From the NCBI GenBank assembly GCA_963575745.1, contig CAUYUJ010000103.1, forward strand, positions 62,001 through 126,000: a stretch of 64,000 bases of DNA. The letters run 5' to 3'. Shown piece by piece: positions 23,900 through 34,149 of the stretch. Each line of letters begins with the position of its first letter. The first letter of the stretch is position 1. Source of the stretch: Prorocentrum cordatum. Taxonomy: Eukaryota. Made by a program: the position numbers and the translations under genes. The notes below the pieces were generated by a model. The model was not told the origin of the DNA, ran no database searches, and saw only the letters and a program-made list of their open reading frames with translations.

Positions 23900-25200
23900 G
23901 AGTGACCGGCGCAGACGCGCCCTCCTCCTACGGCGGCGGAGGTGGCTGGTTTTGTCCAAAGTGTGGCACGCACAACGATGGGCGCTGGTGCTCCGGGCGT
24001 TTCCCATTTTAGCGGTCGAGTGCTGGCAGGGCGCCGTCGTCGCCTTGCTCCGCGTCGCAGCCGGTCAGCGCAGACCCCACCGTCCTCAGCGGGTGGCGCG
24101 GAGATCCCAGCCACACGGCCCAGATCAGAGTCCAAGCAGGCAGCTTCCGAGGCGCCAGTGACGGTGGCCAGCTTGGAGGTCGCCCGCGCTCATCCTGTAT
24201 GGGTGGAACCACCAGCAGCAGCAGACCGCACGCAGCACAGAGTACACTTGAAGGAGGCCTTCACGGGCATGGGGCAGAGGACGGCCCAGCGTGCGCTCCA
24301 TGCCGATGTTGCTCAGGTGCAGGCGCTAGAGCAAGAGTTGAGCGTCCTTCAGTTCATGCGTGTGTACGCATACCCATCCAAAGAACGTGCTGCCAATCAA
24401 CGTGCGCATGTGCGGCGTGCCGAAAAGCGGCTCGAAGCTGCAGAACAGGAAGAATCTCAAGCAGCAGCAGCACTTCAAGCAGCCACAGCACACCGCAAGT
24501 GCTTAGCGGAGGATCTGCTCCAGGCGAAGGCGGCCGTAGTGCAGTTCGACAAAATGGCAGAGCAGGAGATCAAGTGTGTCGCCTTCGCGGAGACCGTGGG
24601 GCCGCTGTTCAAGGCAGCCCGCCCCAACCCCTTCATGCTTGCGACGGCGTCGTCACCGATTGCGCCGTCCCCATCCGAGCCCCGGCCCCGGCAAGCTCCT
24701 GCAGGTGGCCCGATGCAGCCTCCCGCGCAGCTCCCACATGTGATTGCGGAGATGCAGGCGTCGCAGCTCGCAGTCGCAGTTCAGCTGAAATCGTCGGCGG
24801 ATTCGCTGGCGGAAGTCAAGAGCAGCATCGCCGCGCTGGCGATGCATCGGGCGGGGCCCGTCACGGCAGAGCCCCCCGTCGAGGCGGCGGCGGGTGCAGC
24901 TATGGCTGCGTCCATGGCTGCTGCTTCGCAGGGCATGCCGATGGCTGAGAGGCGTCAGGAGGCCTGGCAGCGTGCAGTGGCTAACTTGCATGGGCAGGTG
25001 AAGCTCGCGGCCGCGCTGACTGCCTCGCCCGTGGCGCCAGCGGCTGCGCCCGAAAATGCCGACGGCGAGACGGAGCCCCCTCGCAAGTCTATGTGCCTGC
25101 CCCGCGACCCCGAGTCGGCGACGGGCGGTTGGCCGGCGACGACAGCGACGATGCCACGAAGGACGCCGCGGCTCACGGCGGAGCCCCAGTTGTGGCAGAG
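23900..25200 (+). pseudogene. LINE-B ORF1 relic (RanBP2-like zinc finger half plus coiled coil)
   Basis: GGGGWFCPKCGTHN at 23935-23976, then in another frame RAHVRRAEKRLEAAEQEESQAAAALQ. Confidence 0.6.
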
Positions 25201-25439
25201 GCGAGTTTTCGTAGCCCGGCGTGAGAAGCAGCAGGCGGTCGCAGGCTTCGGGGTGCTCCGAGCCGCCCATTTCGGAGTGCACCACTTCCTCGTGACGGGG
25301 CCATGCTCGGGAAGACAGGGGAGCCCCCGCCCCCGCTGTCAGAAGCTGCAAGATCAGCCCGCCCCCGCTCGACACTTCCATCGATGCGATTGTTCGCTGT
25401 CTTTCGTCTGAAGCAGGATCTGTCCAGGCAGTGTTGGTC

Positions 25440-25524
25440 GCTTGCTGAGAATTGGCGTTCGACGGCATTTGCTGAGTTACCGCGTCTCAGTGCCCTGGAG
25501 TTTCTGGGGGGTGTCTGGCGCGTG

Positions 25525-25569
<45 letters not shown>

Positions 25570-26020
25570 ATATACAGATTGATTTGGGCGCCTCTGGATT
25601 TGGGCCTCCTGATTGGTCCACTGCTGTCTTTTATTTCGACGATTGTGATCGTGGGGCTCTTGCTGGGTGCCTTGGTGGCGCTGTGGACAGTGGGGGTGCT
25701 GAGCGTGCGTTGGCTCCCCTGGCGTCTGAAATCTACGCGGCCCAACGGCACCTGGCGTGGTTCTTGCAGTCTCCTTGTTTGGACCTGGGAGGTGCCTGTG
25801 ATTGTCTTTGGGGGTTGCATGGGAGCTCTCAGGGTTGCCTCTGGAGGAGCTCCCACTCGCTCTCTCTCTCGGAACCTCGCGTCGCGCTGGACTCGCTCGC
25901 CAAGGTTGCCGGCGCCAGGGCCCGTTGCCTCCAGTGGGAACGTGTCGAGGGCCATGCTGGGCATCCGTGGAACGAGTTGGTTGACGCGCTCGCTCGCCTC
26001 GCCCCTATTAGACATGAGCA
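25440..26020 (+). pseudogene. LINE-B RNase H domain relic
   Basis: WERVEGHAGHPWNELVDALA (25935-25994) matches RNase HI WxHVKGHxGxxxNExxDxLA. Upstream are FDG and ASE motifs. A (TA)n insert lies at ~25530. Confidence 0.85.
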
Positions 26021-26056
26021 GCCACCCCTGCCATGTAGCTCTTGGAGAGAGGCTGC

Positions 26057-26092
<36 letters not shown>

Positions 26093-26239
26093 TGCGTTGC
26101 GATGGGTTTGGGTGCTGTTTTTGCCGCCGGAGGATCTCGCGCAATGCCCCCCGCCTGGAGGGCGACAGATGTCTCGGCGCGTAACCGGCGCGAGGCCGAG
26201 TGACTCTTTGACGGCCATGCTTGGCAAGGCCGCTGTCGC

Positions 26240-27050
26240 GCAATCCTTTGCCCCAGCTTTTTCCAGCGCCTCTCTGGTTCGTTGCCCCCAGTGTTTCGCC
26301 GCTGGACTCTCAGACGAATGGGCAGGCCTCTGGGCGGCGTGAGACAGGGCCCCACATGTTGGGGCGCGTGGAAAAACTTTGGGGACCAGCTTTCACGCCA
26401 TAGATTGTCTCTGGTGGTGACAGTTGAAACCGGATTCCCTCGCAGCGGGGTAGCGGCCATTGGCAAATTCCATGTGGTTCATTCCCGATGTGCCACCGAC
26501 GGGAACTGCGGGTGCTCGCTCTGGATTCGCGCTGACATCTCAGCTCCTCCCTCTTCTCGCGTGGGGCCCCCGTGTGTTGCCGAGTGTTGCGCGCCGCTCC
26601 GTGGCCGCTCGCGGTGGCCGCAGCGGTCGGCAGTTTCGTCCGGGCGCGGTCGTCGGACGCGCCCCGCGCGGCAAGGCATCGCCTGCTCAGGCCAGTCAAT
26701 GGCGGGAGCGTTGTTTCGACATCGCGGCCAGGGTTCGTACTCCAGGGGCTGAGCTCATCAATCTCCTGGATGCCAATGCGCGTCTGGGGCCTGCGCTTTC
26801 CCGTCGCGTTGGTGGCGTCGGGGCGGCGGTGGAGAATTTCCCGGGGCAGTGCTTCCATCGCTGCCTGGCCAAGCTGGATCTCTGGGCGCCGTCTAAGTTT
26901 CTGGAGTCTGGTCAGCCTTCTGCGAGCGCGTGGTTTCCTCCCGGGCGGCTTCAGAGTTTGGGGCATAGGCTTGATTGCGCCGTTTGCTTCAGTGGGGTGG
27001 AGGTGCTTCAGCAACAGGTGACTGATCAGGTAGATATGTCCATCGATGTG
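26240..27050 (+). pseudogene. LINE-B AP-endonuclease relic
   Basis: VTVET, GNCGCSLW, LLDANARLG, ENFPG and HRLDC (RLDY). Confidence 0.75.
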
Positions 27051-28199
27051 GCGGCCGTTTGCCCGCCGGCGCCCCGGCGAGAATTCCCGCGTCGTCTACT
27101 CGTCTTCACCCCGGTCAGGCTCTGGAGGTCAAGTGTGGTCCCGACAAGTTCTCGCGCCCCGAAGCTCGCTCGCTGTTTCGGTCGTCATTGCGTTCTGGCC
27201 CTCGTGCGCCATTCGACGCCCCCTCGCTTGGCCATCGTCGCGGGCCACCTGAGTGAGTTTCTGGAGATCTGTTCCCCGCCCAGGGCTACCTTGAGAGGTC
27301 GCGCGCCGCGGCAGTCTTGGGCTTCAGACGTCGCGCTCGAGGCCATGGGCGATCGCGCAGTGTTCCTCCGCAGCTTCCGCGCGGTCGTCATGCTTTTGAA
27401 GCGCTTGCGGCTGTTCATCCCATTTCGTGCCTGGGCCTCGCCTCTGCGTAGTGCGCGGCGCTGTCGCCGCCTCGGCTGCGCGCGCGTCGCTGAGAGACGC
27501 ATGCGACGCCCCAATCAGGGATGGCTTCGCCACTTCCGATCGACCCATAGGGTGGCGCGCGCGATCGTTCGACCACTCGGGGGCGCCATGCGCAAGGCTT
27601 GTCTACTAAGGCTGCGTCGCGCTAAGGGCAGGTCTTGGCTCCCCTAGGGTATTCTTCAGGAGCGTTTGCAGTTCTTGGGGGGGGGGGGGGGGGGGGGGGG
27701 GGGGATTTCGCCGCCTTCCACGGCTACTTCACGGGCGTCTGGGTGTCTACGTGCTGAACGCGTGTGGCTACACTAGCTCGTGCTCGGATTGCCAGGGTCT
27801 CGGTCGACGTTGGCGTTCGCGCTTGCGCGTGGGCTACTTGGCCACCGGCTTGCGTGTCATGGGCATGCGCTGCTGCAGTGCAGTTGTTAAGAATTGAACC
27901 GAGCTTGATGCCGGGCAGCACGTGGCTCGCGCGGCGGCGGAGGCATCCAGTGCTTGGTCTTGTCGTGACTTTCGGATTGCTTTTGCCAAGTTACGTGCGA
28001 TGAGCGCCTGTTCTCGCCGCGAGCTCCATTCTCTGCCTCTCCATTGCTTCGCAGGCAGGACGGCCAGCCACTTCGTCAATTCATTCGGGTTGCAGACTCC
28101 TGCGTCGAGCACTTTGGCAAGGGCGAGGCGGCGCCAGTGGCGCCTTTTGCCGATTTGGATTTTTCCTTATTGTGAGCATGTTTCGGAGCTGCGGACGTT

Positions 28200-29350
28200 C
28201 CCATGACTGGTGATCAGATTTCTTCCTTGGGCGATCTGGGAACTCTCGTGCAGGAAAGCCAACGCCTCGGCTCCTGAGCCCGATGGTTTCTCCGGAAGGA
28301 TCACGCCCTCCTCTGCCGTCGAGCTGGCCCGGGACATGTCTTCACGTCGCTGAGCCCAGCCAATGGGGGAGGGGGTATTGGTCTCTCTTCAAGTCTAGGG
28401 ACGTTTCCAATCTTGCGTGTTATAGATCCATGTTTGGGCCGTCCCACTCTGGAAAACGACATCGCAGCATCATCCGTTGGGGGCCATGCCGGCCGTAGAG
28501 GTGGTCGCGGGGGATCGTCAGCACGGTGGCCTCCCAGGGCGAGGCACCGAGTTTGGGGCGCTCGAGTTGCGCCTATTTCAGCAGTTGGCCGAGGCCCGCA
28601 AGGCGTCAGTGTTGCTCGTATTTGTGGGCGTGGTGCAAGCGTACAACAAATGCGTGCAATAGCTGGTCATGTACGCAGCATGTGGTGACCTTTCGCTGGC
28701 TTCACTTCTGAGGGCGAGCCGGCCACCGCCAGAGGCCATTACATATTTGCAAGATTATATCAAGCAGCATCCCCCGCTCCTCGTCTCCAGTGGCGTATCC
28801 CCCCCTCGATGTGCTCAGACCGCCGACGCGTGCAATGGGTCATGGTGCTCTGCCCCGAACGCTTCCAAGGATGCTTTTCCTATGCTGGGCTCGGGGCCTG
28901 GCCGACCGCTTGGGGGCGTTGTTTTCATTTTCGTCATGTCGTCTGCGATGCAGTCGGTTCTTTCGCGTGTTATCCCTTCGGCATCGTGTTGCGCGCCCCG
29001 ACGGCTGCCCATGCTTCTATAGCTAAGTATACTGGAGAGGGTGCTCCTACGCGCGCGACGCACTCGCTCGAGGGCGTTTTCTTTGACGTCGCTGTTTTTT
29101 TCTGCACGGCGCAGAGCTGGGCAGCTACTTACCATTGCTCCGATACTAGCAGCAGAAGTCGCAGATTCCTTCGCGGCGAGGGGTTTCTGCGTCAATGCCA
29201 GGGTTGATAAGCCAGCGTATATTTTCCATTTTCAGGGCCCTGGAGCCACGCGTGCTAAGCGGCTCCTGTGGCCCGGCATAGGCGGCACTTTTCAAGCCCC
29301 CACGGAGAAGGCGGGCCCCTCCAAAATACATGCAGTTATGAGTGCACCCA
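28200..29350 (+). pseudogene. LINE-B reverse transcriptase relic
   Basis: PSQWG..LFKSRDVSNLACYRSM, GKRH, QHGGLPGRGTEF, LLVFVGVVQAY (FVDxxxAF) and GSGPGRPLGGVVF (GxxPGxPLGDxxF). Confidence 0.82.
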
Positions 29351-30095
29351 CCTTGGTACGACGCAAGATGATCATTGTTCGATGGGCCCTGAGCTTGCCC
29401 ACAGATCGCAGACTAGCGCCATTGCGCGGTCGTGTCTCCGGCGACGCATGCTCTTCCAGCGCTGCATGCATCCTGATGCAGCTATTGTTATCTTCGACTC
29501 TTTGGTCTGTTCTTGTAAGTTTCTCCCGAGCGAGTGCGTGGGGGTATCTTTCTGCTGCGCAGTTCCGGGGCCTAGAGGACGACGTGGCGCGCTGCTATCG
29601 GGCTATCGCCAATCAGCCTCGAAGGGACCCATCGGCGCTCTACCGTCAGGCTATCTTGGGAAAGGTCCTCAAGTCTCCACTTGGCGCCCCACTTAGCGCT
29701 CAACGGTTTCGTCTCTACGGGCGGCTTCTGACCCATGGACCCCGCGCATACTTGCGTTGGCTACGACGTGCAGGCTCGAGTGTCACAGGTCTTGGGGGCG
29801 CCAGATCATTGAGGATTTGGAGTGGGTTTGGACGTTTCATGCTCAATGCCAACTCCTCCCCAACCCCTCCGGGGACCTTCTCGCCCGGGGAATGCCAGTT
29901 CAACGATCTGCCCCAGCTTGGAAGCACGTCGTCAGTGACTCACTGGCATCGCACCCCAAACATGTTCGCCGTCTTGCGCTGACGCGTGCTGCGGAGCATG
30001 CTATGTTTGAAGTCTTGCGAGATGCTGGAGCGCCGCGTGCAATCGCTGGCCCCGAGCACCCTCTCCGTCGGGCCGAGGCTGAGGAGTGTCAAGTT

Positions 30096-30270
30096 TGGAA
30101 GTGTCTCTGGTGTGGAGTTCTTTTTGATCGTTCTCGCAAGGTTCGTTCGCATGTTTTTCGGACGCATCATCCTCGAGTTTCGTTCATTCGTTGTTTCCTC
30201 GGTGCGAGTTTGGAGTGTGCCACGTGTGGCACGGCGTTTGCACTTCGTTCGGCGCCGGCGTCGCACGCGT
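30096..30270 (+). pseudogene. Two C2H2-type zinc fingers of LINE-B ORF2
   Basis: WKCLWCGVLFDRSRKVRSHVFRTH and LECATCGTAFALRSAPASH. Confidence 0.75.
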
Positions 30271-30669
30271 CGTCTGACTCTCCCCAGCGCGCCCTTGGTC
30301 TTTTGTGGTCGGGCAGACAGTGCTCTCCAGATCAGGCGGATGCGCTGAGCGAGGCAGAGTCGCACCGTCATGCGCAGTAGCTCCGTTCTAGCCAAGGTAG
30401 GTGGCGGGTGGAGAGTCCAGCGCCACTGCATACTGCAGGTCTTTCCGAGGAGTTGGCAGGCTTACTTCGAATGACCAGGCCAGGGAAATCATGCGCGAGT
30501 CGGGTTAGTCTAGGGGCATCCTCGGTGTCCAACTTCCTCGATGCTTTCAAGACTCGTGTTCACGTCGAAACCTTTCCTATGTTGGACCCCCCCCCAATAT
30601 CCCAATCGCGTCGGCGATTGCACTGGAGTGGCCTCTGAGGCCATGCCAATTCGCATGCACCGGCCAACC

Positions 30670-31400
30670 GTCTTCGCCTTGCACTTGCGCAGTGGCCAGA
30701 GGAGGCGTGTGAACTTGCAATGGCAGCTCGAGAATCAGATTGCTCCCCAGCGTGGAGGTGTTCATGCTGAGTCTTGACATGGCCATCGGTCCGACTAGAG
30801 GCGATCTCGCGAGGGAAGGGGCTATCTTGGAATGGGCCGGACACATCTGAGCTCATCGCGTCATCAGCACGGGCGGGGGGGGCCCTTGCGAGACCTGGTC
30901 AGCGGCCAGGTGGCAGGGGGGGCCCCCCTCCCCTCAGGTCTATTGAGTATGTTTGGGGATTCCCGCAGTGCGCGCCTCGACACTCTGAGCAGCTGAGGGT
31001 AGGTAGCGTGCCTTTGCGCGCTCTGGTTCGCCTCGTGGCGGAGCACCTCCGTGCGGGGGCAGGGGCCTGGCTCGAGCGCCCTGCCCCCGCTCTGTGGGCG
31101 CCCAGGGCCCCGGCGCCCTTTCGGCGGCCGCCTGTCCGGCGGTCGCCTCGGCCTCGCTCGCGGCCGCCTGCGCGTTTGATCAATGCGAGCATCGGGCCCC
31201 CGTTTCTGACCCCGCTGGCTTTAGGAGGGCCCCCGCTTGTATAGTCAGCATTCGCACGCCTTCGTTGTGCAATGAGCGTCGAAACGCTCCCGGCAAGGTT
31301 GAATTTTCCGCGGCCATGGCGCCCGCCGTCGTTTTTTTCCACGGCGCCCAAAAATGTACATCCTCCAGGTATGTACCTGGCTTTTCCAAGGGCATCAGTG
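30670..31400 (+). pseudogene. C5 cytosine DNA methyltransferase-like domain relic at the LINE-B C-terminus
   Basis: Motif I-like LHLRSG (30679-30696), then LDMA..GDL. Motif IV GGPCETWS (catalytic PC at 30884-30889), then PLRS..WG. Motif VI-like WLERP (31068-31082), motif VIII-like FDQCEH, motif X-like FSTAPKNVHPPGM. Frameshifts fall in G/C runs. Confidence 0.75.
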
Positions 31401-32379
31401 CCAGTGCATTGCAGGCGCGCGCAGAGTCGGCCAGCCAGGCTGACGCTATATTCTTTCGGGGGGGGCCGCCCTCGTTGAGGGCGAAGTTCGGGATTTCTAT
31501 GTCTCGCGGGAGGGCCCCCCTCCTCCGCCCCCCCCGACCCCTGCCTCCAGCTTGACTTTGCGGGGGCCGCGGGTAGACGCCGAAGACGACGGCGCGCGGG
31601 CCCAGAGCCGGGCAGGGTCATGGAGTCTGAGTCCGAGGCCGAGGCGGAGGAGGAGGATTCACAAGCCGAAGGCCCTCCTGCGAGCCCCCAGCGCGAAGGG
31701 GGGCCTCCCTGGGCGTCGAAGCTTCCGATGGGCAGGCTTTCCTTGAATGTGATGTGGGGGATCCTGCCGCTTGGGCGCTCAGTTCTGCTTCCGCTCCTGC
31801 GTCGCCCCCCCCGCCCCCGCGCCCCCGCCGCCCCCCCTTCGCTCGCCGACGCCCGGCGCGAGCGGATCGCCGATCATCGAGAGGGGGCCAGGCGCCGTCG
31901 CGCGGCCCGCCGCGCCGCCGAGGCGGCGGCCCGCGCCGTGCTTGCGTCCGTCTCAGGTTTGTTCGACCGCCCTGTTGAAGCTCGCCCGACGGGCCCATTT
32001 GTCGATCCGGCGCAGGCGGCCTGGCGCGAGGCATTTTTTTTTGATGCTGTGATCCTGTGATTTTGTTTCTAATCCGTCTGCTGTTACACTGTGCGTCTAG
32101 TTGGTGTACGAGTGCCAGTTGAGTTGAGGATGGCGGACTGCCGTTCCCATCGTTCGACGACGACGACCCCGCCCCCCCTCTCGCGGCGGGGCCTCGCGGC
32201 GCACGAGCGGCGGGGCGCCGCCTGAAATGCAGCGCGAATGCTGTTGAACCAAGGGGCAATATTCGCAGAGAGGTTGGTTGCAGAGGCCCTCTGGCCGCGC
32301 CAGATTTCAAGGTGTGGGAGCGGGGCATGTGCGAGACAACGTGCCCAGTATCTGGCAGACATTTCCCACCTGGCCCCGC

Positions 32380-33240
32380 AAAGTTGAGAACGCCGCAACG
32401 ACGTGCGACCCTCTCGTGGACTGCGGCGAGGCGTAGGCTCTCGATCGGATGATCGCCGCGGCCTGCGTGACAATCACGTTTAACAACGACTTCAAAAAGT
32501 GTGTGAACGCGAGGAAGGAGAAGGCTCAACGTGTCGGTCGGCTCGCTTAGCCATGACATGATTTTTGCGTGGTTCTGGATTGGAGTAGGGTTGAAGTGGC
32601 AGGCGGCTACATCTTAGACCTCGCCCGACTCAATGCTGCGAGCGCGAATGGCTTCGCTGCGAGTGAATCGAGGACTGGGATTGCGCGCCCTTGTGTGTAG
32701 CGCGCCTTTTCCCGAGTCGCCCATCCTTGACTTTCTGTTCAACGCGCATATAGAACGCCGCCCTAACTTCGAACGTGACGCGGGGGGCACTGCAGGATGG
32801 AGTGGACCTGGGCGATCCAAGCAAGACCGACGATTGGTTTTACGACAGGCGCGCGCAACTCCTGGAGAGGCATCGCCTGCGCGCGGCGCGCATGCGAATA
32901 GTTGAGGGCCGATGGGCCCGCTCAGCTATGTCCGCCAGCAAAAGGACCCGCGGCGGTTTGATTCAGCAAGGCTCGCGCAAATCTAGGGGCCGCCCGCGTG
33001 GGGGCCCCGAGCGCTTGAAGACGGCAAATGCGACGGGGCCGGCTGGCATGCTGGGCGCTCGCGAGTTCCGTGAAGAATCTGAAATGATTGGCAAGCGTTT
33101 GAAATCGCAATGCAGCGGGGGGCGCGGGCCAAGTTGCTCGCCCCCCAACGGTGCACTGGTAGAAATGAGGAAACGTGCCATTTCGCGCGCGTGGGCAGCG
33201 TTGGAGAAAAGCCGCGGGCGCCTCGCGCAAAGGTACACCC
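32380..33240 (+). pseudogene. Possible gag-like relic of an LTR retroelement
   Basis: ALDRMIAAACVTI...KEKAQRVGRL and LDFLFNAHIERR...LGDPSKTDDWFYDRRAQLLERHRLR resemble, from memory, dinoflagellate copia-type gag. No LTR or pol is seen. Confidence 0.3.
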
Positions 33241-33569
33241 CCTGAAATCTCGCCCCAGAGGCCGGACTGGCCCTGGTGATGATGCGCCCAGCAGTCCGCC
33301 GCGGTTCCCTGGTGGGGCGAAGAATCACCCCGCGTGCACGAGACAGGGCGCCGCGGGAGACAGTTCCCTGGAGCCGCCGCGAGGGCCGCCCGGCAACGAC
33401 AGGGGGCGCCCGCCGCCGAAATTGGCTCGCGGCCGCCAGCGGCCGACCTCCAGCGGCTCCGATCGAGGGCGTTCAGGTATGCTTGCGCGAACGTGTTTCA
33501 TCTCCCCCTCCGCCCCTCTCCTCCTTCCGGGGGTGGCGAGATGGCGCGGGAAGGGGTGGGTGGGTCTAC

Positions 33570-33775
33570 GCGGGAGGGCGACCTTCGGCTCGGCGCCCCG
33601 CGAGTTCGCTTCCCCGCGCAGGAGGGCGACCTTCTGCCGAGCGCCCTGCGGGGCCGTTTTTCTGCGCGGGAGGCCGGCCTTCTGTTCGGTGCCCCGCGAG
33701 GTCGCTTCCCTGCGCGGGGGGGCGACCTTCTGCCGAGCACCCTGCGAGGTCGCTCCCCCATGCAGCAGGGGGGCC
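33570..33775. repeat. ~49-bp tandem repeat, about 4 diverged copies
   Basis: GGAGGGCGACCTTC-like cores at ~33573, 33621, 33669 and 33718. Confidence 0.75.
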
Positions 33776-34149
33776 TCCTGGCTCAGGCTGCTGCGGCGCG
33801 TCGCGAGGCCCGCGCCGCGCTGGGCCCGCAGTGGCGCCTGGCGTTTTCGGGTCGCTGTGACCTTGCTTCGTTTCTTGGAGAGTTGGCGCCTGGGCCGAAG
33901 GTGTTGCGATGCGCGAGCTTGTGCGCCGCGTGGTGGGTCACCGCGGCACGTCGTGGGGCGTCGCAGTTTGCCGGTCGCAGCCCCATCTGGATGCGGAGAT
34001 AGCGCCTTCGCCGCGTCTCCGCCTTCGGGTGCAGATGTCAGCCCGCCGATGGCGTCGAAAACGGCCGGTTCAGCCACTCTCGCCGGCACTGGGCTTTCTG
34101 ACGGCTCAGCTCGACCGTGGCGTTTGAGAGATGGGCGGGGTTTCTGGAT

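Larger units (their letters stand above)
23900..32100 (+). mobile_element. LINE-B: degenerate non-LTR retrotransposon with RNase H, APE, RT, C2H2 zinc fingers and a C-terminal C5 DNA methyltransferase-like domain
   Basis: Collinear domain motifs on the + strand (see sub-features) with many frameshifts and microsatellite inserts. Both ends are approximate. Confidence 0.85.
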
